A stretch of DNA of 55,154 bases. Source: Shewanella sp. (GTDB taxonomy: Bacteria; Pseudomonadota; Gammaproteobacteria; Enterobacterales; Shewanellaceae). The translations under genes were made by a program, and so were the position numbers. Shown piece by piece: positions 31,251-40,305 of the stretch (positions are counted from its first letter, which is position 1; the number at the start of each line of letters is the position of its first letter). The DNA lies in contig NZ_JBOFMC010000067.1 of NCBI RefSeq assembly GCF_051658185.1, positions 1 through 55,154 of the forward strand, given 5' to 3'. The notes below the pieces were generated by a model. It was given only the letters and a program-made list of their open reading frames with translations, had not been told where the DNA came from and ran no database searches.

Positions 31251-33152
31251 TTGCGAAATTCAGTGTGTTATTTTCCGATAGTGTTGTTACTTCTGCTATC
31301 CACCCTGTCCCTCGCGCTGGCGCAGGAAAATCCTGAGGCGGATATAATATTTAAAAAACACGACAACGGCGACATGATCCCCCAAGAAATGATTGATCAG
31401 GATCTACAGCAATTAAGTCAACTCATCTCACCGACGGATACTTCTCGGCTCGAAAAACTGCAACAGCTAAAATGCTGGCATTATCCTTCAAACTCCGCAG
31501 ACGAAATCACTGAAGCATTGCATTATGCCACCCAGTTGATGAATGACATTCCCGCAAACGCATCTAACAGCTATCGCACCGATATTACCCTCTGCCAGGC
31601 TTGGTATTTACAATTAAGCGGTGATGTTAATGGTGCATTTGAGGGATACAACCGTGGCGTCAAAAGCGCCTATGAACATGAAGACCTTAAGCTTATTGCC
31701 GACTCGACAAGCTTGCGAGGCTTTCTATATTCCTATATTGGTGACTTTTCAGCAGCCTTAAATGACTTAGTGACGGCCCAGGGTCTCTACGAATCCTTAA
31801 ATCTAACCGGCTGGGCCAATTTTAATCTTAATGGGATTGCCACCAGCTTTAGGCGTTATGGCGATCCCCAAAGCGCGATCCGTTATTACAAAAAACTCAA
31901 AGAAATTTACCTGCAAACCAATAAAACTGAGCCCGCCATTTTTGTTACCTCCGACATTGGATTAGCTCTCGATGAACTTGGCGAGCATGAACAAGCTATC
32001 GAGCAATTTCAAATAACCTATCGTTACCATAAGGAACAGCAAGAGGCCAATGCCGCCGCCATTGCCGAAGCCAATATTGCTTATAGCTTAATAAAATTAA
32101 AGCGCTTCACTGAAGCTGAGCAGTATCTTACTCAAGCACAGAAAGTGATCAACGAAACAGATCCCACGGCATACAGTTTTATGAAATTAATGCTCGCAGA
32201 ATTGTACTTTATGCGCGGCGAGTATAACGCAGCCATAGAAGCCGCCACCCAAAGTGAGCAATCCTTTCGCTCTATTCAAAATCATCGCGGGCTTGTCAAA
32301 TTACTCCCGTTAAAAAGTGATATTTATGCTGCTATGAGTGATTATCCAGCCGCTCATCGGACACTAAAGGACTTTATTCAGATAAACAAAACTGTCGATG
32401 GCAATTCATTATCTCAGCAAACAACACAGTTAAAAGTCAAGTTTGACACCAGTCGCATCGAATCTGAGAATAAGCGCTTAATTGAGAATCAACAGCTCAA
32501 AGAACAAGAGCTCGAATTACTTAAAAAAAATAAATCATTGCAATATGTCATCCTTTTACTGGCTGGCTGTATTCTTTCCATCGTCTCCACATTTGCCTAC
32601 AAACAAGTGAGTCGTAATCGCCAACTGCAAATTATTGCCCTCACAGATCATCTCACCCAATTACCCAATCGCAGACATATTTATACCCAAGCGGTCAGCT
32701 ATTTTGCTAAAGCCAACGAGCAAAGTACGCCCTTTACTGTGTTGATTTGCGATGTAGATCATTTCAAACAAATTAATGATAACTTTGGCCATGAACTTGG
32801 CGATCAGGCGCTAAACGCCATTGCTCAAGCGGGTCGAGCGCTCACGGGGAATAATGAACGTATGGGTCGCATCGGTGGAGAGGAGTTTTTAATCCTACTG
32901 CCCAATACCGATGCCAAAGAAGCTCAGTTGCTTGCACAAAAGCTGCAAGCCAACATAACCCAAATCAGCCAGCGGGAATTACCCCCAGCGCTCACACTCA
33001 CCGTCAGTATCGGGGTGGCCACATTTAAACCGACACATGCGCACTCAGACCAATTAGATAAGGATTTTTCCGGTTTACTTAAACGGGCTGACAAAGCGCT
33101 GTATGAAGCTAAAAATGCAGGGCGCAACTGTATCAAATTGGCAGACGCTTAA
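31251..33152 (+). CDS. TPR-repeat periplasmic sensor diguanylate cyclase
   Basis: Signal peptide, TPR-like helices, one TM, TDHLTQLPNRR, DVDHFKQIND.FGH..GD, GGEEF, ADKALYEAK; TTG start after AGGAG. Confidence 0.92.
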   Translation: MRNSVCYFPIVLLLLLSTLSLALAQENPEADIIFKKHDNGDMIPQEMIDQDLQQLSQLISPTDTSRLEKLQQLKCWHYPSNSADEITEALHYATQLMNDIPANASNSYRTDITLCQAWYLQLSGDVNGAFEGYNRGVKSAYEHEDLKLIADSTSLRGFLYSYIGDFSAALNDLVTAQGLYESLNLTGWANFNLNGIATSFRRYGDPQSAIRYYKKLKEIYLQTNKTEPAIFVTSDIGLALDELGEHEQAIEQFQITYRYHKEQQEANAAAIAEANIAYSLIKLKRFTEAEQYLTQAQKVINETDPTAYSFMKLMLAELYFMRGEYNAAIEAATQSEQSFRSIQNHRGLVKLLPLKSDIYAAMSDYPAAHRTLKDFIQINKTVDGNSLSQQTTQLKVKFDTSRIESENKRLIENQQLKEQELELLKKNKSLQYVILLLAGCILSIVSTFAYKQVSRNRQLQIIALTDHLTQLPNRRHIYTQAVSYFAKANEQSTPFTVLICDVDHFKQINDNFGHELGDQALNAIAQAGRALTGNNERMGRIGGEEFLILLPNTDAKEAQLLAQKLQANITQISQRELPPALTLTVSIGVATFKPTHAHSDQLDKDFSGLLKRADKALYEAKNAGRNCIKLADA

Positions 33153-33416
33153 TACTTAATATCAGTAAATTTAATAACAGTAAAAATAGCTAAGCCATCA
33201 ACACAACGCCCTTATCATCTGCCTTGGGCAACAAACGTGTTGCGCGTCATTCTGCAAGCGCCTCTTGGCCTTACATTACGAAAAATCGGCCATTTTATGG
33301 GAATATGCCAAGGCTTAATATGGGGAAAAGGCAGCCAAGCTGCTGCGTTAACGCCAACGCCTAGCAAGAAAACTGCTATCATAGCGCCACGGATCTGCTA
33401 CCGCCTTTGCATTTTT

Positions 33417-34616
33417 ATGTCATCTGTTATCGATATTCCTACTACACCTGCCGATGCGCGCACGCTCGCAACGCTGGCACAACAAATCAAATCCTGGGCA
33501 AAAGCCTTAGGCTTTGCCCAAGTGGGCATTTGTGAGCCCGAGTTAACCGCAGAAGAACCCAAGCTCCAAGCTTGGCTTGACCAAGGTTATCACGGCGACA
33601 TGGCCTATATGGCAAGCCACGGCATGATGCGGGCCCGTCCGCAGGAATTACACCCCGGCACACTTAGGGTAATTGCCGTGCGCATGGATTATTTACCCCC
33701 TGAGGCGGGCTTTGCAACGGCGCTTGCTAACCCACATCTTGGCTATATCTCGCGGTATGCGGGGGGGCGCGACTACCATAAAGTCATCCGCGCTCGCCTT
33801 AAAAAACTGGGGGATCAGATAAACACCGAGTTAACTCAACAGGGCTTCGCGGCCGCCGATTTTCGCCCTTTTGTCGATTCGGCACCGATCCTCGAGCGCC
33901 CGTTAGCCGCCAAAGCGGGGATCGGCTGGACCGGCAAACACTCACTTCTGCTGAATCATACTGCCGGTAGTTGGTTCTTTTTAGGGGAATTACTGATTAA
34001 TTTACCCTTGCCTGTCGACATTCCGATTGCTGAAGGCTGTCATCAGTGCGTCGCCTGCATCACCGCCTGCCCTACGGCGGCGATTGTCGCGCCCTATGTT
34101 GTCGATGCAAGACGCTGCATTTCGTACCTCACCATTGAATTATCCGGCGCGATTCCCGAAGAACTGAGGCCGCTTATCGGTAATCGCATCTACGGCTGCG
34201 ATGATTGCCAACTTGTCTGCCCGGTTAATCGCGCCGCGCCCTTAACCCAAGAGCCCGACTTTTATATCCGCAAGCAACTTAAACAAGTGGAGCTGCTTAG
34301 CCTATTTGCTTGGAGTGAAGCGGAATTTTTAACACAGACCGAAGGCAGCGCCATTCGCCGCATTGGCCATCAGCGCTGGCTACGCAATATCGCAGTGGCG
34401 CTCGGTAACGCGCCTGCCGACCCCAACATCATTACCGCGCTGCAAGATAGGATGCACAGCGAGGAAGTCGATGATCTGGTGCGCGAGCATATCCAATGGG
34501 CTCTGCATGCCCAGCTATCACGCTTGAGCGCAGTGCAAGCGCTCCCCCAGCAGGCCCAGCGCCAAACCCAGCGCCTCGTACGGATCATCACCAAAGGCTT
34601 GCCCCGAGATGCCTAA
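33417..34616 (+). CDS. queG: Epoxyqueuosine reductase (cobalamin- and Fe-S-dependent)
   Basis: ISRYAGGRDYH, FVDSAPILER, CxxCxxCxxxCP, RCISYLTIE, GCDDCQLVCP; start moved to ATG 33417. Confidence 0.95.
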   Translation: MSSVIDIPTTPADARTLATLAQQIKSWAKALGFAQVGICEPELTAEEPKLQAWLDQGYHGDMAYMASHGMMRARPQELHPGTLRVIAVRMDYLPPEAGFATALANPHLGYISRYAGGRDYHKVIRARLKKLGDQINTELTQQGFAAADFRPFVDSAPILERPLAAKAGIGWTGKHSLLLNHTAGSWFFLGELLINLPLPVDIPIAEGCHQCVACITACPTAAIVAPYVVDARRCISYLTIELSGAIPEELRPLIGNRIYGCDDCQLVCPVNRAAPLTQEPDFYIRKQLKQVELLSLFAWSEAEFLTQTEGSAIRRIGHQRWLRNIAVALGNAPADPNIITALQDRMHSEEVDDLVREHIQWALHAQLSRLSAVQALPQQAQRQTQRLVRIITKGLPRDA

Positions 34617-34669
34617 CCGCGAGGCAAACGCAGCTGCCGCCCAGTTCGAGGAGGAGAATAAATAACATC

Positions 34670-34693
34670 AGGCGTCTGGACGTCTAGAAGTTT
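34670..34693. promoter_or_regulatory. Three tandem MetJ boxes upstream of metR-like gene
   Basis: AGGCGTCT-GGACGTCT-AGAAGTTT, matching AGACGTCT at 7, 7 and 6 of 8. Confidence 0.88.
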
Positions 34694-34762
34694 ATTATGG
34701 TAGTCTCTTGATAACCCAATTGCTTGCAAGCGCAACCTGAGCGAAATTCACTTGGAGCTATC

Positions 34763-35062
34763 ATGATCGAACTAAGACACCTGCGAACCTTAATGGCCTT
34801 GAAGGAAAGTGGCAGTCTGGCCGGCGCAGCCAAAAAACGCTTCGTGACTCAGTCCGCCCTTTCTCACCAAATTAAAGAATTAGAACAACGCATCAACTCA
34901 CCCATTTTTGTGCGAAAAAGTAAGCCGTTGTCTTTTACCGAGGAAGGCGTGCGCCTGCTACATCTGGCCGAAGAAATTTTACCTAAGATTTTTGCCACCG
35001 AAGCTGAGCTCAAAAATGGCCAAAGCCGCGCCGCAGGCCTGCGCTCAGCAGGCTTGGACTAA
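34763..35062 (+). CDS. metR: MetR-like LysR regulator, DNA-binding domain only (99 aa); may be a truncated pseudogene
   Basis: MIELRHLRTL..SLA.AA..TQSALSHQ..LE..F.RKSKPL.FT is the MetR N-terminus; GGAG RBS; stops before the effector domain. Confidence 0.75.
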   Translation: MIELRHLRTLMALKESGSLAGAAKKRFVTQSALSHQIKELEQRINSPIFVRKSKPLSFTEEGVRLLHLAEEILPKIFATEAELKNGQSRAAGLRSAGLD

Positions 35063-35130
35063 TATACTCAGTTAAACGAAAGACGACGCAAAGCCAAAGC
35101 GCTGAGCTTGCGCGCTTGGCTAGTACGGTT

Positions 35131-35859
35131 TTACAGCGGATTAAGTAATAAGCCCCGCGAGGATAGGATGCGGCGCAATATCAGCCCTGGGGATTGGGGA
35201 TTGCGGGTCTGGCGCAAATTATGGGCAATCATGAACTCTAGGCGCAAATCCTCATCCAGCTCTAAAGCCTCAAAAGCCTCAATGGTTAAGGTCTGCTGCT
35301 GATTATCAATCAATGACTTAATCACACTCAGCGGGAAAGTCTCCCCCGCCTTGGCATTCAAATAGGCAAAGGCAGTTAACGCAATAATTTGGCCAAATAC
35401 GCTAAATAACGCCAAGGTTTGCAATTCATCGGCATCAACCTCAACACTCGGCATGGTCACTAGGCTATCGACGGCCTCTACTGCAATATTTTCAGTTAAT
35501 TTCCAATAACCTTGCACTAACTTTTTATAGGGCTGAGGCAGCTCATCAAGACGCTCTTTTAAATAAAACATAAAAGCATAACGGTAGATATTCACTTCAC
35601 CTAGACGGATTAACGCATCCTTAACAGTCCGGGATTTGGCACTGACCACGGTCGATGCCTGCGCCGCATTACTGCGCATCAGCATGTGAGCCGCAAGCGC
35701 GGGATCGCTCGAAATAATATCGATCACATTACGAATATCGCCCTGCGCAAGAATCGCCTTCTTAAGCGGGATCAAAATACCTCGGCGGCCAATCACTTGT
35801 TCTTCATTCGCGATGATGGCTCTGACTTGAGTAAAAACCTGTTGCTCAAGATCTGTCAT
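35131..35859 (-). CDS. Stand-alone HDOD-domain protein
   Basis: DIISSDPALAAHMLMRSN...TVKDALIRLG and LFSVFGQI match the HDOD pattern; the HD residues appear substituted. Confidence 0.75.
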   Translation of the reverse strand: MTDLEQQVFTQVRAIIANEEQVIGRRGILIPLKKAILAQGDIRNVIDIISSDPALAAHMLMRSNAAQASTVVSAKSRTVKDALIRLGEVNIYRYAFMFYLKERLDELPQPYKKLVQGYWKLTENIAVEAVDSLVTMPSVEVDADELQTLALFSVFGQIIALTAFAYLNAKAGETFPLSVIKSLIDNQQQTLTIEAFEALELDEDLRLEFMIAHNLRQTRNPQSPGLILRRILSSRGLLLNPL

Positions 35860-36197
35860 AGGACACTGTATACCTGTTAATTAACCAAAAGATGATTGCA
35901 ATACCGCACATACCATTCCTACTCAATGGCCGATTGTTGGCCTCAGTAGCCCCGATAACGATAGGTCTTATCGAAATCAGCTCCTGCAAGGGATTTATCG
36001 CGGTTAACCCTGCATAAATATAAAGTTAAGTGACTAAGATTACACGCTAAAAGTCAATTTTCATCAAAAAAGCCAAAGCGCGTCGAATAAAATCGGTTAC
36101 AGGTTAACCTATCGCCGAGGTTAACCTGACATTGACACTCGCCGAGCGATACCCGTCACGCGATATCACTCAAGCGATTTCTGTTAGGCCATCGTCC

Positions 36198-38198
36198 TTA
36201 AAAGCGATAACCGACGGTCAAGCGGATATCCCGGCCGCGGCCAACATAATAGCTATCTCCCCACTCGCCACCAAAGTAACCCGAGCTGACGTACTGTTTA
36301 TCAAACAGGTTATCGATGCGCAGACTCGAGTGCCAATCACCGCGCTGGTAATTAAGAGCTAAATTACCCAGCACATAGCTGGCTAATCTGTCGCCCTCAT
36401 TGGCATTATCCCCCTCAATAAAGCGTTTGCCTGTATAAATGGCTTCGGCAAATACTTGGAAATGCTCTGCAAAATCAAAACTTAAATAACCCCTTCCCGA
36501 ATGCTGCGCCACCCAAGACAAAGCTTTGCCTTGGTTCAAGCCCTCGGTAAATTCGGCGTCAACATAGTGATAGGCCAGCCCCAATTGCAGCGCCTGACTC
36601 ACCTGCCAACCCCAATCAGCACTCGCGCCATAGCGGCGTGAGGCATCGGCATTGACGTTTGCCCCCTCAAACGCGCCGCCAATTGGTTTTTCGGCGCTAG
36701 GGTCAAAAACGATTTCATCTTCTAAATCGAGGCGATACACATTGGTGCGCAGGGTGTGGCTCGCTAACACCCAATCCCAACCGGCTTCAAAGGAGCGGCC
36801 GGTCTGCGGTTTGAGGCCCATAATGTCTTTGGGGGTATAGGCTTGTTCATCCACTTTGGCAAAGCGGAAGTTTTCATCAGTGCGCAGATAAAAACGCTGT
36901 TCGCCGTTCGGGCGATAATTCAGACCTAACTCAAAAGCGCGCGCATCTTCATCTAAATCAATCCCCTTTGGATACACAGCGCCATCCACTAATTCATCAG
37001 TCACCTTGGCATAACGCCCGCCGACCACATAACTTAAGCGGGGGCTTAATGGCACCGTGGCCTGCAGATAGGCACTTTGCATTTGCTGCACATTGCTGCG
37101 CGTCGCGATATGTTGTCCTTCTTCTACGCTGGCGTAATCGGCCTTACCTCGGCTGATATCCAATCCTGTGACCCACAGCAATTCCCCTTGGCGCGTAGGG
37201 TAGCTCGCCTGAGCTTTAGGGCTAAACATCAACAATGATCGGGTGTTATGGCTCGCAGCGCCCCAATTTAACGAAGACACTAAGGTATCGCTGTAATCGA
37301 CATCCGCAAAGAGCGTCCAATGTGAATTAAGCTGATGTTGATAACCACTGCGGGCGACGGTCGTCATTTCATGGACATACTCATCGCGATTCCAAGACTG
37401 ACGTGGATCTTGCTTAAAATCTGTGGCGCTAATGGACCCGGGGTTTTCACGGTCGTCATCGTAATAACTGGTTTCGATAAAAAAGCGATCGGTGGCGGTT
37501 TGATATTGCAGCCGCCCGAGGATCGAACCGGTTTGACTGGCATTGTGCTGGCGGTAATTATCCCCTTGGTTATAACTACCAGTCACATAATAGCGCCAAC
37601 GATCATTGATCGCCCCTGAGAGATCTGCACGACCTTCGTAAGTATTAAAACTGCCGCCGGATAACTGCACTCCACCTGCATGCTGCTCAGGGGATTTAGT
37701 GACAATATTAATCACGCCGCCGACGGCCTGATCGCCATAAAGCACGCCCGCACTGCCCGCTAAAATCTCAATACGCTCGACGAAGTTGAGCGGAATGGCA
37801 TTGAGGCTCGGCGCTGCAATATCGATAGAATTAAGACGACGACCATCGACTAAAATCAAGGTGTTATTTACGGCCGTACTGGCACTAAACCCGCGCATGG
37901 CAAAGCTTACACCGATATTATTATCAGCAATTTGAATACCACTTTGGCCGCGTAACACCTCGGTCAGATTGGTCGCGCCACTCATTGCAATCGCTGCGGC
38001 ATCAATCACGTTAACATTGGCGGCAATATTCAGGGGGCTGTTATCCGCCCGGCCGATCACCACCAAATGCTCATCAATGTTAGGGCTAGCAGAACTGCCA
38101 GTTGCAGGCGAGCGAGTCGCAGACGTATCCGCCAGCAGCGGTGCACTGACTGACAGGCTGCCAATCAGCAGCGCGATTTTTGTTAGATTAGTTCCCAT
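36198..38198 (-). CDS. btuB: TonB-dependent receptor, probably for cobalamin (BtuB-like)
   Basis: TonB box EHLVVIG, plug ILVDGRR and VERIEILAGSAGVLYGDQAVGGVINI, IDNLFDKQY, terminal YRF; B12 riboswitch upstream; start moved to ATG 38198. Confidence 0.85.
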   Translation of the reverse strand: MGTNLTKIALLIGSLSVSAPLLADTSATRSPATGSSASPNIDEHLVVIGRADNSPLNIAANVNVIDAAAIAMSGATNLTEVLRGQSGIQIADNNIGVSFAMRGFSASTAVNNTLILVDGRRLNSIDIAAPSLNAIPLNFVERIEILAGSAGVLYGDQAVGGVINIVTKSPEQHAGGVQLSGGSFNTYEGRADLSGAINDRWRYYVTGSYNQGDNYRQHNASQTGSILGRLQYQTATDRFFIETSYYDDDRENPGSISATDFKQDPRQSWNRDEYVHEMTTVARSGYQHQLNSHWTLFADVDYSDTLVSSLNWGAASHNTRSLLMFSPKAQASYPTRQGELLWVTGLDISRGKADYASVEEGQHIATRSNVQQMQSAYLQATVPLSPRLSYVVGGRYAKVTDELVDGAVYPKGIDLDEDARAFELGLNYRPNGEQRFYLRTDENFRFAKVDEQAYTPKDIMGLKPQTGRSFEAGWDWVLASHTLRTNVYRLDLEDEIVFDPSAEKPIGGAFEGANVNADASRRYGASADWGWQVSQALQLGLAYHYVDAEFTEGLNQGKALSWVAQHSGRGYLSFDFAEHFQVFAEAIYTGKRFIEGDNANEGDRLASYVLGNLALNYQRGDWHSSLRIDNLFDKQYVSSGYFGGEWGDSYYVGRGRDIRLTVGYRF

Positions 38199-38360
38199 TT
38201 TACCTTTAACTCCAGAAGGAAAACGGGGCATTGGCGCCACGATACCGTTGCTCCAGTATTAGCCCATCCCCCTGAGGCGTATGCGCTCAAAAGGGATAAA
38301 GGTTGCCATACTCACAGTCACTATCGCATTTTGAGATCTGCCCACCGAAATCTCAAAATC

Positions 38361-38588
38361 ACCTTCAGGGCCGGTCTCCGGACTTAGGCTATGTCACCCG
38401 ATGGCGCGCCAAAGCAGCCAAAAGAGTCACGCGACACTCACCTTTAACAGGCGCACCGGAACCATCTGAGCAATGGGCCGTACGACTGCGGTGGTATCTC
38501 ACCATTTACCGTTGCGGGGGCAGTGCCAGAATTTCACTGGCTTCCCGATTATCTCGCGGCGTTAGCCGCCAAGCACCTCTGAGGGTTG
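38361..38588 (-). promoter_or_regulatory. Cobalamin (AdoCbl-type) riboswitch
   Basis: Minus strand reads GGTGC..AATCGGGAAGCCAGTGAAATTCTGGCACTGCCCCCGCAACGGTAA..AAGTCCGGAGACCGGCC (B12 box), closed by ACCCTCAG/CTGAAGGT. Confidence 0.95.
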
Positions 38589-38724
38589 ACTCAAAATTGG
38601 ATCTTAACGCGTTATTTTTAAGACTCATGCTTAAAAACACTGTTGCCCTCGCGCGAGGGGATCACGGCGAGTCTAGGACCCTTAGCGGTGACTTGCCAGC
38701 ACGACGAGCAAACGCGGGCATTAT

Positions 38725-38748
38725 AGACGTCTAAACGGATATAAGTCT
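38725..38748. promoter_or_regulatory. Three tandem MetJ boxes upstream of the riboswitch and receptor
   Basis: AGACGTCT (perfect)-AAACGGAT-ATAAGTCT. Confidence 0.85.
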
Positions 38749-38904
38749 AATGCTATGGCCACTGCAATTTATGATTTCAGCAAGGTCACTCCACCGCGCG
38801 GCCGGAGCGTTGTGTTTGGCGTAAAACAGAAGAAGGAACAAGGGTTACCCTTTCGCCCCAACCTAGCCTCCAACCACCCCGCAAATCATCAAGGGGCAAA
38901 TAAC

Positions 38905-38932
38905 AAAAAACCTCCAAGAAGTGGAGGTTTTT
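38905..38932. terminator. Intrinsic terminator of the DUF3622 gene (bidirectional form)
   Basis: AAAAAACCTCCA-agaag-TGGAGGTTTTT. Confidence 0.85.
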
Positions 38933-38975
38933 GCTAGGATCTGGCTCAAGCATTTAAGCTTGACCATGGGAGCGA

Positions 38976-39281
38976 TTAGGCTTCGTCGAACTCGTCTTCA
39001 TCGTCCAAATCCACGGCATCGGTGGCCGCTTCGGCTGCCAAGGCTGCCGCTAATTTGGCTTTAGCTTGCTTTTCAGAGCGGCGCTTATTGCGCTCAGCCA
39101 GCGTGCCTAAAAAAACGTGCAATTCAGCTACACCCCAAGCCTGCGCCTCGGCTTCCGTCGCAAAGCCATCATGGCTCTTAGAAACCACGGTTTTGGTCGA
39201 CGTCATGCGGCGGGTAATTTCTGTTTTCCAGCCGTTATCACCTTGTGTGACGCGAAAATCGTATTTTTTGCCCTTGCTCAT
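38976..39281 (-). CDS. Small conserved protein (DUF3622-like)
   Basis: KKYDFRV..W..EITRR.TS.KTVVSK..GF.TEAEAQAW..RNKRR plus acidic tail; AGGA RBS. Confidence 0.8.
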   Translation of the reverse strand: MSKGKKYDFRVTQGDNGWKTEITRRMTSTKTVVSKSHDGFATEAEAQAWGVAELHVFLGTLAERNKRRSEKQAKAKLAAALAAEAATDAVDLDDEDEFDEA

Positions 39282-39428
39282 TCTGCTCTATTCCTAAAAT
39301 GATGCTTGCCACGTGTGTCTTATCAAGCGCTACAAACGCTCATCATAAAACAAAAGGAGCGCAGTTTACTTGATTTCGGCAGAAAAAGATCGCTTGCGTG
39401 AAAATATTCATGCCCGCCGCGGTGACGA

Positions 39429-39995
39429 CTACTTAAAAAGATGCTGAATATTTTTTAAATCGCCCTTGCCGCTGGCGATTTCTTCTGGAGTCAGCCCGGT
39501 CACCTCATGGGGGAATACCAACCAATCCTCAGAAGCGTGAATATAATAATCCGGTTTTAACGGCACCGCCGTGTTTTTCGGCTTGTAATAGGGGCACGCA
39601 ATGCGAATATCCTGAGGTAAATTTAAGCGCATCAATTGGCTTAACTTTTCCTTTAAGGCATGGATACTGCGGCCAGAATCAAACACGTCATCGACAATCA
39701 ATAAGCCATCGCTGGCATTGGCATTTTCGATGATGTAATGCAGGCCATGAACTTTGATTTCTTTGCTTTGCTTGTCGGTGCCGATGCCGTAGTAAGATGA
39801 GGTGCGTACGGCGATATGGTCAGTTTCGACTTGTTTAAAATCAAAAAATTCTTGCACTGCAATCCCAATCGGTGCTCCCCCGCGCCAGATCCCCACAATA
39901 AACTGCGGGCGAAAGCCGCTCTCATAAACCTTTGACGCTAATAGAAATGAATCTTCTAGCAATTGCTGTGCTGTAACAAAATACTTCTCTGACAT
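39429..39995 (-). CDS. Type I phosphoribosyltransferase (purine PRTase-like)
   Basis: IVGIWRGG, PRPP-binding LLIVDDVFDSGRS, KPDYY..WLVFPHE. Confidence 0.9.
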   Translation of the reverse strand: MSEKYFVTAQQLLEDSFLLASKVYESGFRPQFIVGIWRGGAPIGIAVQEFFDFKQVETDHIAVRTSSYYGIGTDKQSKEIKVHGLHYIIENANASDGLLIVDDVFDSGRSIHALKEKLSQLMRLNLPQDIRIACPYYKPKNTAVPLKPDYYIHASEDWLVFPHEVTGLTPEEIASGKGDLKNIQHLFK

Positions 39996-40241
39996 GACAC
40001 CGTCCCCATAGTGATCGTTATTGTTAGGTGACTAAAACGCAAGCTTTTAGCAAGTAGGTCGATTCGGTGCCCAAAATCCCTAAGCCACCGAGATAACATC
40101 CTGATAGCTAAGCTCTCGTAATGATTGCTGGCACCGAATTTTGGGAGCGGATTCTATCTTAAAAAAAACCGCCGTGCTGCAGTAATAGTCATAACTTGCA
40201 CACAACCGTCATTTAATTTGTATTTTTAGGACAAGCCTAAC

Positions 40242-40296
40242 AAAAATGCGAGCCTAAGCTCGCATAAAAAAGGCTTTCCCGCGATGAGAAAGCCTT
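40242..40296 (-). terminator. Two tandem terminator hairpins after lgt
   Basis: AAGGCTTTC..GAAAGCCTT and ATGCGAGC-ctaa-GCTCGCAT, each followed by a T-run on the minus strand. Confidence 0.75.
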
Positions 40297-40305
40297 AAGA
40301 CCACA

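Noticed and set aside
33237..33416. Long N-terminal extensions in the ORF track (queG, pntA, cysN, DUF4097, rsuA, sigma)
   Set aside because: Downstream starts match family N-termini and mostly have better RBSs; the extensions cover promoter DNA or overlap neighbours.
38303..38734. 143-aa plus-strand ORF
   Set aside because: Antisense to the cobalamin riboswitch leader; a by-product of GC-rich structured RNA.
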